From the NCBI GenBank assembly GCA_002633005.1, contig NMRA01000620.1, positions 124,001 to 188,000 of the forward strand: DNA of 64,000 nt. Direction: 5' to 3'. Made by a program: the position numbers and the translations under genes. This DNA comes from Phoronis australis. Its lineage: Eukaryota; Animalia; Phoronida. Below are positions 25,955 through 37,685 of this stretch, one piece after another (within the stretch, counting starts at the first letter, position 1; the number at the start of each line of letters is the position of its first letter). A model generated the notes under the pieces. It worked only from the letters and a program-made list of their open reading frames with translations. It did not search any database and had not been told where the DNA came from.

Positions 25955-28900
25955 CAGTGCTGATCGAATCCAGCTTCCTATCGAACGCGGCTAGGCCGCG
26001 TCCGGACCCGGGTTCCAAACCGCGGTTGAACCGAGGCTAGCCGAAGTCCGGACTTCGTCTGACCGCAGTTAATCCGAAGTTAAGTCGCGTCCGTGCTATG
26101 CCTTGGCTTTGTTTTTAGTTCGCTTGGAAAGCTGGAAATACTGGGGGGTTACTGTAAGTAAGCGTATGATGAGGAGATTAAATGTTCTATGGCACATTGT
26201 ACAACAGTTCATTATCAGATTTCGGTCGGGGTTAAAGACGTACGTGTGGGATATGTAAAGTTACTAATTCGTTACTTTTAATCTGACGTATAGCCAGTAT
26301 CATCGACGTTGTACCTTTCCTGATCTCCGGGCCTGATCGCGATTTCATAATTGAACTTTCAGTTAACAGACTGAGTCAGTAGTGGTTATAATGGCGTGTG
26401 GCTGAGTTGTGTGTGAGAGGCATACATGTACAATATGTAGTGGTTAATAAAATAATTATTATAACTCACTTCTTTGGCACATGGCATCTATTGTACTTTG
26501 GACAAAGTACAGTAGTTTGTTTTCCAGATAGACGATTTTGAAAGTGTTTTGCGTAAACGGCATCCCCGTCACAGATTACTTATTAGTTTCATCTCCAGTA
26601 ATGTTTCTTCCTTGTAAAAATTTAACACAGATCAATGGCGAGAAGAAAAAGAGACGTGGTGTAAATTAAAAAAAAATGTCTACTCTTGTACCACGGACTA
26701 TCTAGCGCAATAGGCGAATCTCACAATTTTTATTTTCAATTTCGATATTTTCTTTTTCTTTAAATCGCGACACTACAATAAATAGGGAGGCGTGCGTGTA
26801 GAGTTTGAGCGAACTGATCAAATAATTATTATAAAGACGATCGGATCTTAAGTCGTCCTTCACTCCGTGTAGTAACAAATCTGGGTCACTAAAAGTGCTT
26901 AATATAGGCAAGTCATCATGAATACTAACAGTTGCAACAAAGAAACTAGGCCATGGATCTTATCAACAGCAACAACAAAAGCAATATTGATCAATTGACC
27001 CGCAGTTATAGGCACACTTTATACACGTAGGGGGAAATCTGACCGTGCACCGAAAACGCGGCCTCTTACAGATCCTCCGTACGAATAAGGTGAATTCTAG
27101 ACCAATGGTACACAGAGTAGGGGTTCGTGGGTGTAGCCTACGGCATGGTCGTATATAGCGCCACTAAAGTCAACAAGCGCGTGTCCAATCGTTATCTATA
27201 GCACACCGTACATTGTTGGAAGAAACGTGTTTTAAAACACAACTGTGAACTAACGTGAAATGTACGAGAACCATTGTGTGTTGAAACCCCATCGACAACT
27301 TTGTGCATTTAGACAAATATTTCCAAAATTATTGAATTTTTAAAACACAATGAAAAGAATCTGTTTCTAACGTTTCGCGGGGCAATCTCCGACAGCCATT
27401 ATCGGAGTTAATTGATCACGAACTCTGTTAAATTCGAAAAATGAAAGAATACTAAGGCATGTGTACGCATATTGCATCCATATTCTTATTTTTGATCGTA
27501 TTTTATTAATTTACCACTGCATATACTCACAATGAAATCTAAAAAAGTTATTTCAATTTTTCGAATTGTCATTGTCGGTTTTGTGCAAATTTTTGTAAGA
27601 ATCACAAGTTTAAATTCGTTTTAATAAACATGTGGTCTAATACGCTTACAAGGAACTGAGGAAGTCACGCATTTCTAAAGATATGCGTGAATTTTCACCT
27701 TTCGTCCTTCTAAGCGGCTTTACCAGGATCAATGAGAGCGCGGCACCGGAGTTTGAAACAGTTGTGATGACCGCAATTAAGTGCATTTACCGGACCATAA
27801 ACGTTGGTAAACATCTCTGCCTCTACAAGATGGCAAATTTTCGAAATGCATGAACCAAAAAAATGTCGTTAAAATGAACACCACGCTGTATTTAGCTGGA
27901 AAAAGCAACCACGTATGGTTTTCGTTTTTTAAAAAATCGATGAACTAATAAGCTAAAAACTACAAGCATTGAGTACAGTTGAAGATAAACGACCGTGCGT
28001 ATTGATATACTCGGTGGATTGACACACGCTGATCAGAGTTTACAATATCACATGCATTTTTCTTTTAGTATTTTTCAATCTATTTTAACCAGATTGTTAA
28101 CTTGTTGTAATTAACTTGTGCCCATTCTCCATTTTTATGACTGACAAAAAGCTAAATTAGTTTTGCAGTCAGTACAACCGAAATTTTCCAGAGATTACAA
28201 ATTTCATCTTGGCTATCACCATATTTACACTTTCACATATTTTAGGCTAATAAATATCAAACTTGAAATAATGACTAATGTTTAGTGTAACTAAGTTTCG
28301 CTGACAATCATAATTTACCACTGTTTCAGTACTTCAAGTTTAAAAATAAAATGTAAAAGTATCAATCCGTTCCCAGTATGAGAAAAACCAAGTAGACAGG
28401 AGTATTAAAAAAGAAATCGAATGCCAAAAACTGGTATTAAACAATTTTTAAAACCATCGTTCCTTTTGGGATGTGCCTTTTTGTGAAGAAAAAAACGAAT
28501 TAATATTCTTAGTCATATTGTGTACCAAGTTAAAACTACTCTCCACAGCTGCAGGATGTAACTCTGTGATAATTCCAGAGAAAACCTGTTTGGGTGTAAT
28601 AACAAACACGATTGTTGAGACAGTAGTGTAAGTTATTACCTTTAGACTTCGTTAGTTCAGGTCTACATCAATACAAAGGGCGAGCTGAATAGGCATCGTT
28701 AAAGTTGTTTGGGGCTAAGAGAATCTGAGCGGTGACCAGTGTAAGCGAGAAAATTTCCACATAAATGCACACACAAGAGTGGATCAGAATCTTAAAAACT
28801 CTGTAAAATAGCGTTTTGGACAATATCTGCAAGAAGCCTGCAATATACTTAACAAACAGCAAATCAGCTGTGTCTCAGGTACTCTTTTAAAAGTTAGTTA

Positions 28901-29080
28901 TAAGTTTGAACATGGTATATGATGTGAAAATTGCGCATCCAAGGTCAGGCACGCTATTCAGTTTCCTCGGGCTCATGGCATATGGACATAATACAGAGCG
29001 TATTTCCATGGCGTAGTCTCGAAATTCTCCATTTTTCTTTTGGCCGAGTCCGTGCAAGCGGGGTGGGTGAGGCGGTACTA

Positions 29081-31477
29081 CCGTATTCACCGTAATAACA
29101 GCCCATGCCCTATAAGCGCCCCCACGCGTTATCAGACTTCGCTGAAATAAGCGCCCAGTCCATGAACGTGTACATGCGAACAATGACGTGCACAAAGTCC
29201 GAAAACTCGGTTACAGTAACGTCTTCAATTTATCAAAAAATGTTTGCGCGGGTCTTCTAGACCCCCAGCGGCACTGCTACATGTACGTTTGTATTTAGCC
29301 GTGACTATACGCTCCAAAGTAACGCCACGCTTCAAAAAAAACGCAACAGCGTTGCTACTCTCGCGACGAACGTGTCCCGCTTATGGTCTGACCTTTCAGT
29401 ACAGGCACATCGACGGTCTCATGAATAAAAATAACTTGGTGTTAAACGCACGTGGCCAGGAAGCGCGTGCTACATACATGAACCTGTCATCAAAGACATC
29501 AGTCGGGAACTATCCTGACTCATAAGTATGTCGCACGCGCTGCCCCAGAAACAAAACAGGGTTACATATATCACCTGCAGTCTTTTGTGTTTGGTTAGCG
29601 AACAGTTAACGGGAACTTCGTTGCGCACCAAAGGACATTGCGAATAATCAGTCAAGGCGTGTTACACGACAAATATATACCTTATTTCCTATCACAAAGT
29701 TTTGCGAGTCGCTTCGATCTGTTCATGGTCAGCAACATCTCTGTTTATGCTCGCGTCAGCAATAACTATCACAGATCTGCGCGCAAGTTCAAGCCGTCTA
29801 AAACGGCAAATCGAAAATTTGTCGACACCCGATCGCATAAATTCTAAGATTTCGGACACAGTCAATTTTTGCCGACTTTCTCGGCACATTTCACGAGTTT
29901 CGGACGGCCAATATTGCCTATTTCTAAAACTTCGGACAGGTTCTGACTTTACAAGTCGACGCTGAAGTTTATTACCCGATTTTAAACGCTCGCGCGGAAA
30001 GAGTTCTCAGACAATTAAAAATGGTCGACATTCTTTCAATTACCGTAATTGGCAAATTTATCGAGAGAATGATGTTCAAGGGATCTGAATGGAGAATGTC
30101 CATGTTTGAAACGTTTATGCACAACAAAACTAAAAATATGACTCAAGCCGTGTAACCTGCGCACTAATGCCTCAACGCTAAATTGTCACCATTTCTTTGT
30201 TTCTCGCAAGCTGTGCATCAATTTTTGCCAGTCGATGACTGTATATGATCGGGTTTAATCAAGACTTAGCACCATGGAACTAAATTTTTGAATAAATTCC
30301 TAAGTAGTTATCAAGGTGAATTCTACTCTGATGTGTTCTCAAAGCCTTGTCAATGATTACGTAATACTGCACAAGCGATTTGTGTGGTTAGCTGGCTCTC
30401 CACTGAGCTATTGTTAGGAAGGCTTTGTCATGAGGGACAGCGGGCAACTGGGTTAGGGAAGCAGTCGCCCCTCAGGAGGCTGACCCTCATTAAGTTCATG
30501 AAACGGGTAGCATAGCATCGGTAAGAAATGAATATTGGCACTTATTTCCGACAATTTCTAATACTATAAAAATGTTTGCGTTATTTCTGAGATGGATTGT
30601 TTGATTAACCGTTACCATAATTGGTGCTTTTAAGCCAAATATCCAATAGATGGCAACTGACAGTGAATGCTTACACACCCTTACACCGAAAAATAACTGT
30701 CAGATAGTTACGTACGCATCCAGCTACACGGCGAATAATATGGTCCTTACCGAGACAAATCATATAGAACGTTTTTAGCCGAGATCTGCAAGTGCTGAAT
30801 GAAACACGCTCTGGTTTAGGCCTACTGCTTGTGCAAACTTCTTTTGACACAATGCACATCTAGCTCGTTAGATTGCGTGGCTCTGGCCAAAAGACGGTCT
30901 CTGCTTTTGCAAATGAACTCTGGTGACACGCACGCGCTCGCATACTCACACTACGCAGACAAACTTCAAAACGTGACAACAACATGTGTGCGTCCAGACA
31001 TTTTTCTCGTGTTGCCGATCATACATGGAAAGATGTCACTGAGCACAGATTTCTACTTAAAACTGCAATCATTCCCAACTCCACGGGAACTTAAAAAAAT
31101 CTTAGGGACGCTACTTGGAAAACTTAGTGAGGATTTCACGTAACTTATGATTTAATTACTTGAGTCGAAATTAACTAAGCATTGAAGTCGTCATATCGAC
31201 CACGACGATTTTGAGGCAGTTAGTCGGCGAGTTTTCGCCCTGGGATTTCACTACAATTTTTTGTAAAATAATCGTAATTTAGCAGCAAAGTTTGTTAGCA
31301 AAGCACCATAGTTTTTTTAGAAAGTCTTTCATAGATTACAGATACACCGTACGTCACAGAGTGTAAATTTGATGAATCACCCGTTTCGGAGACCGGGTTT
31401 CAACCGCTTTGGGTTGTAATAAGCGCCCTGAACCGAGCTTTTCTTAGCGTCCTGGGCGGTTATTACGGCGAATACGG
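29081..31477 (-). mobile_element. pogo/Tigger-like non-autonomous element (~2.4 kb); right end duplicated at 31883 by assembly overlap
   Basis: TA|CCGTATTCACCGTAATAACAGCCC ... GGGCGGTTATTACGGCGAATACGG|TG: 24-bp TIR with 2 mismatches. AATAAGCGCCC subterminal motifs. The last codons of the HIRAN gene (DKLKTLL*) lie at ~29211-29234 on the minus strand. Confidence 0.75.
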
Positions 31478-33744
31478 TGTCGCGTAAAATTTCTTCCCAG
31501 TGATTATGTCGTCCCACTCCGACTTTGCGCATGCGCAGATTGGCCAGGANACTTATGATTTAATTACTTGAGTCGAAATTAACTAAGCATTGAAGTCGTC
31601 ATATCGACCACGACGATTTTGAGGCACTTAGTCGGCGAGTTTTCGCCCTGGGATTTCACTACATTTTTTCTAAAATAATCGTAATTTAGCAGCAAAGTTT
31701 GTTAGCAAAGCACCATAGTTTTGTAGAAAGTCTTTCATAGATTACAGATACACTGTACGTCACAGAGCGTAAATTTGATGAATCACCCGTTTCGGAGACC
31801 GGGTTTCAACGGCTTTGGGTTGTAATAAGCGCCCTGAACCGAGCTTTTCTTAGCGCCCTGGGCGGTTATTACGGCGAATACGGTGTCGCGTAAAATTTCT
31901 TCCCAGTGATTATGTCTTCCCACTCCGACTTTGCGCATGTGCAGATTGGCCAGGAATGTATACATCCGGTTTTGAGAGCGTGAAATTCTGTACGCTACAG
32001 TGAGACATTTGAGTCGTTATCTGCTACGAACACGAATATTTCAGACGTTTTTTGCAAAGANCCACGGCAATTCTGTACGCTACAGTGAGACAGTTGAGTC
32101 GTTATCTGCTACGAACACGAATATTCCAGACTTTTTTTTGCAAAGGTGCATGGTCGTAAGTACATAGAGAGTGATGTGAATAAGTTTTTGGAGGATGGAT
32201 CCCTTCCGTTGACTTTGACGAACAGTCAGCTCAAGGCTGTACGAAGTTGGGGCAGTTTTGCCAAGGGCTTTCGCCGTTTCAGTTAGGTAAGTCGACTAAA
32301 ATGATACTTCAATAATTTAAAAAATACGCGAAATATGCTGAGGCTATATTTGCTATAATAACTACCAGGCAAGCCCTGCAGTGTTTAAGATATTACTAAA
32401 GTAAACACTTAAGTTGGTTGTCACTGTTGTTACCAGTTCTCATGGAGAATATTGTACAGTTGTTATTCAGCAGTTAATGGATTTTGTGCCATTTAGTACT
32501 CATCTTGTTGTAATGCCTTCCTTTATTACTTATTGAGTTCAGCAACAGTTGATAACAATTCTCTTGTAGTTGTGGTGTGTATGCTATTGCATGCTGTTGT
32601 ACCTCGTTAACCGCTGATGAAGACTTCACAGTCATAGAGCATGATGCCAAAAGCTTGTCTTACTGCATGCCTTCAATTCGGTATAGTATAATCTGCGGAA
32701 CTGGGTGTTTGTACGGAAAACTTCTTCATGATAATGAGTCATACATTCTAATGTGTTCAGTGTCCTGAAATTAAGTTGAGATATCTGATGGTGATACTAC
32801 GGACTGGATCGGGATTTGCCTGCATTAGAATAATTAGGTCATTCTAATATGGACAGTCTAGGCTTGTGCTAGCCGTTTGCCACCATTGGTGAATTCTGAG
32901 TGGCACTGACGATGGTATAGCTAAGTCCATTCGCCTACTTGGCAAATGAGTTTGCAGCTTCAAAAATAAATTTTGGGGAAACCTACTCGTGTTTCGACTC
33001 ACTATCAGCTCGAATCGAGTCATGCTGCAAACAACAGTAGTCGATTCGGAGTCTTAAAAATCAACAAGCAAATGCTCCATTTCATGTCCATCACTCCCCC
33101 TGAAAATCACTCTTTTACCTCAACGAAATGTTCAACTATGATAATGTATTTGGGGAGTACATGTTGTCACTTGTCGCCTGCAAGTGACAATGTCAAAACA
33201 ATGAACAGAGGACTATTTTTCAGCAGCAAACGCAATCCAGTCTCGATAACTTTTTACCCTCACATCATGGTGTGGGCGAATCCGAAGTATTTTAATACCG
33301 CTTCTTTGGCATAAATCTGACCTAAGTTGAGATGTCTCAAACAAGAAATATGAACTCAAGCTTTAAATTTACTATTTTCATCAGAATCTCCTTATTCATT
33401 AAGTAACCTTAACATTTTTCATCTCACAATTTGTCGGGTCAAATATCAATCGAGACTTGACACTGGCAGCTCTTTTCAAGGAGTATTGGAATACGATCGT
33501 TTTGCTCATAGTTGTGCTTGTTATTAGCCAATGTTAGGTCATTTGTGTAAGGGCTCTGTATATTCTTATTTTGCGTGCAAATTTCTTGTGTATTTTACAA
33601 ATAGTCAGGTACTATAAATCTCGACTTCTATTGTGCTTCCTTTTATTCTTTCCATTGAAAGACTGTTGTTGTTCAGGTTTTCAATCGTTCAATTTATTTT
33701 TCAGTTTTATTACATTTCATCTGTTCTCTGGCCTGGCACCATGG

Positions 33745-33917
33745 CCCATGGGTACTATTCATCATATGCACATCAGTCCAGGAATAGCCGTGACATCTCT
33801 GATGAAAAGTGTCAAAACATGATTCAAATGCTGAGAGGTGAGGAGTTGTCAGATGGCCTGGTCAGTTTTCCCAAAATCAAATGGTGGATTGTTAACAAGC
33901 ATATCGGCCTGCTATAA
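33745..33917 (+). pseudogene. NOL4/Ginger-integrase-like N-terminal fragment
   Basis: SRDISDEKCQNMIQMLRGE...PKIKWWIVNKHIGLL resembles the NOL4-type motif TVTRKKYERIVQLLNG...AKFKFWVKSKGFQL (recalled from memory). A stop follows. Confidence 0.35.
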
Positions 33918-35209
33918 GTGGTTGGTTCGAATGTCACTGACAGGCTGGGTATTAACACAGAAAGGTACCCGCGATATTACAGCAATCGAAATGGAACATC
34001 TGACTGATAATGATGAATGACGTAGTTTTAATTATGTGTTTTTGTTATACATGTGTTTTAATGAGTTACACCACCAAATTGTATGACCACTAAGGTATGT
34101 GTGAATATCTATTATTTGTATTTATGCATGTGAATTTTTTTGATAGGCTGTAGCTTCATTCATCATGCAGTCTGTCCTTAATGTTGTCAGAGCAAGATTA
34201 GTCAGCAATATACGTCGTGTCCACGCAACATTGTCCATGTCATCTGCACACAGCAGGTACTTTAGTGCAGCAGACTTCTTGGATTCAAATGCAAAGATGT
34301 TCCTATACCTACAGGTCGGTTTAATGTCCAACAAAATACTGCAAACTTTTTATGGCAGTTTTATGTGTGTGTCTAGGCGTTATACTACACACCTGCATAA
34401 ATTTGTCACTGTCTTACCATCATACTTGGAGTAAAAAATAATAGGTGAAGTAAATTCTGACTATAACTAACCAATACCTTTTACCGACAGCTTTGATGAT
34501 ACAATTTCCTTATTTGTGTGTGCATTTAGGAGTTGCTTGTGCATACCTAGATAAGATAGATCTTAGATTAACAGTTTCTGGTATGAAATTGATTTCTTGA
34601 TGACGCATTTAAAGTCTACATTCTGGGAAATTAGTGGGAGAAAAACAGTTTGTGGAATTGGCCGATTGGAATCGGTAAATGATGCACTTGGGGCTGTGAT
34701 CTTGATCTCAAGCAACTTGAAGAAACTGACTGGAAGTGCATGCGTGCATTTATCGTAAGTGTGACGGACATCAGAAATTCTGTGGTAACCGCAGAGTTTT
34801 CCATCACGTATATCATTCAAAATCGTGAATTTTGTGTTTTTTTTTGAAAATTTCCTCACATGTTAAAGTGAAATGCTCTACTAGACGTTAGCAATTGTTG
34901 ACGAGCAATCACTTGCCTCTTTAAAGAGAAGTGTGAAGTTGTTCCATGATTCATAACAACATATTATGCTGATTTCTTGTGTACTGTTTAACTTTTTTTT
35001 ACGTTTCCAGCTGCGTTGCTGTAAGGACAAGTCTTCTTCAAGGTTACAACACACACGCTTCTGGTGTTTTCAAACGGCTACCTAACAATGCCAGTTCTTT
35101 GGCTCTTGTATATAATAAAATAAAATAAAATAAGAAAACATGTATTTATGGTCCCTAAATTTTCAATACACTTTGAAAAAATATTCTGTACAGTTTTATA
35201 GACACCTAG

Positions 35210-35764
35210 AGTTGTAGATTTTAAAAGCAGTTGCGTATTAGAATACTTTTGGGATTCAGTTGCGGGCTCAGTTATGCTAGCTTTTTGCTTCTCACAGATA
35301 ACCAAGTTCAGGATTATCTGTTTTTGTCTTCAATGCTTTCATTAGACAAGTTGAATATGATCTGCTTCAAGTTTCGCATATGCGCTCTAGCAATTGTTGA
35401 TTTTGAAAGAGATTTTGGTTTGAATATATTGTAAAATTTTTGCGAATTTCGTTATTGGCCTCAGTGATGTTAGTTCTTTGGCTCTCAAAGGTAATCAAAT
35501 AAAGGAACATGTGGTCTTGTCTCCAAGACTTTCATTAGACATGATGAATATGCACCGTACCATTTTTGCAGATGTGCTCCAAAAATTGTAGATTTTGAAA
35601 GCGATTTTGGTTGGAATATATAGTAAAGTTTGTACGAATTTCATTATTGGCTCCAGTCATGCTAGCTTTTTGCGTCTCACAGTTAACTAAGTTATAGACC
35701 ATGTGTTTTTGTCTTCAAGATTTTCATTAGACATGATGAATATGTACTGAACCAACTTTTGCAG
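35210..35764. repeat. Second array of the ~192-bp tandem repeat
   Basis: Anchor ATTAGACA at ~35341, 35534 and 35726; same orientation and A-B-A variant order as 15819-16410. Confidence 0.85.
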
Positions 35765-37420
35765 CTAGAGTTGATCACGATTAAAAGCGAAACAATGAAG
35801 TATGTTGGGTTGGAATTGACTCGTCAAAGTGTGTTCTAGGTACCTGTACCACAAACAACTCTCACTAAAATCTTTACTTCCAAGACCTATCCATAAACTT
35901 GGGCATAAATTTAATCAATCAAAACGCGCAGTGTCAAAACGATGCTTGTAGGAATGTCTTTGTATATGTTCAGTTTGAAAGTTATCTATTATTAAGTGGA
36001 GCCAACATTATGCAGCCATCTATTCATTTCTTCGTGGATTAGTTCTTACTTCATTACACTCATTCATGTTTCGTTTCCTTGCTTCCTATAGATTCTAGTT
36101 GTCTTGATATATTCTCTATTATGTTTGATGTCTACAGGAGTTAGTGAGAGTGATAATCTATTATATTCTCATACTTGTAGCAGCTTAAATTCTCAATCCC
36201 TAGTCACCAGCCTCTATTGTTAAGTCTTGATTTGATTCACAAACACTGAACACAGCCCAAGCTTCTCACTCACTGATTAGTTTTGTCTTTGGCAAACATT
36301 CATCGAATAAGTTCACTTGCAATATCTTTATATTATCCACGGCTTGGAATTTTCCTCCTTTATAAGGTGATTTCCTCTTTTTTGTCATTCAGTTAAGTTT
36401 CACAACATCGCCCCAGTCTATGTCTTAGTGGAACGATGCATCACCTGGGAAATTTTCCTCTTTTTCGTCATTGGTGATTGCAAGTCCTAGTAATTATCAC
36501 GCCAGAAGCTTTTTAAACACGAATATGTTTTTCTCTCTGAAGCTCCTCGGGTTTTTAATTCATAAGAAAACCCACAAAACTTAAATTATTCTGAATGGAG
36601 TCTGAACTGAAATGAATTTTGAAAATGACCCTAGCACTGGGCTGTCTGTCAGTAGATACAGCACACATCACGAATTTTTGGCCGACCGGTCGAAAATTGG
36701 TCGACGACCGGCCGCCGACCGGTCGTCTAGCCGACCATCAGCCGACCAACAACGGTCGGCTAGGAGCCGTCTGCTGAGTCGACACTGTGGTCGGCACTTG
36801 GGTCGGCTAATTAGTCGCCTAGCGTAGACGACCAATTCTGATTAAGCGTGTCCTTGGTCGGCAATTACCATTTTATGACTTAGCGGGTGAACTTTGGACA
36901 AGCAAACATTTAACTGTTCGCTGTTCGTTTACCAGTGGCAACTCCGGTCAACTATTGAATGGAGGTAAAATCGAATCAACCTACAAATACGAAGTGCGTG
37001 ACATTACACCAGCCTCAAACTTTATGTTGAATTAATGACGGCGTGGTCAAATCAAACGTTAAGTGATATCGCGGAAGCATACTTTCTAACTTTAGATATG
37101 AGAATTTTTATACAGTGCCAAAATTTGAAATTTACAGTAAAATTGCATAACAATCAGAATACAACACTGGATATTTTACGACCTCAAGGGTTTTCATGCA
37201 GCGGAATGAACAACAAGCATCACGCATTTGCGTTCATCCGTTATTGCTCTTGATCATCACTTCATCACGCTGTATATTGCGATTTACCACAGATACATGT
37301 AAGTATTGCTTACTTCTGTATAATTTCTTAATATGTTGGTACAGCAATAGAACCCAAGTTTATTTTAGGAACAACATAAACAATGGTTTGAACATAGCGC
37401 CGATATTAAATCATGGGAGC

Positions 37421-37685
37421 TGTTGTGTATCTTACTTTGTCAAATAAAGTAGACACTCCATGAACTACGCAGTGAAACGAACAGAATTGAACTGAACACT
37501 GAACTGATTTATTCTACATATCATCACAATATATATACACACAACTACATAGCAACATATGATGCGTTACCTATGACACACTTCCTGTACTAGGAATCGC
37601 ATGACATAATACCAATTAAACTACTGAACTCATAAACAATAACAACCTACAAACATCCTGTTATTGTGTGACTAAGTACACAACA
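37421..37685 (-). mobile_element. Solo LTR (265 bp) with 5-bp TSD
   Basis: TGTTGTGTA ... TACACAACA inverted ends; GGAGC on both sides (37416-37420, 37686-37690); AATAAA on the minus strand at ~37508-37513. Confidence 0.85.

Noticed and set aside
26702-26911. Possible L1/Tx1 C-terminal scrap on the minus strand
   Set aside because: Resemblance too weak and no matching poly(A) tail.
21640-29081. The two pogo-like termini as ends of one 7.4-kb element
   Set aside because: They face outward and are the same end type; 29081 pairs with 31477.
35765-36000. Missing 5' part of the LRR gene beyond the second 192-bp array
   Set aside because: Minus-strand translation shows no convincing LxxLxLxxN or signal peptide.
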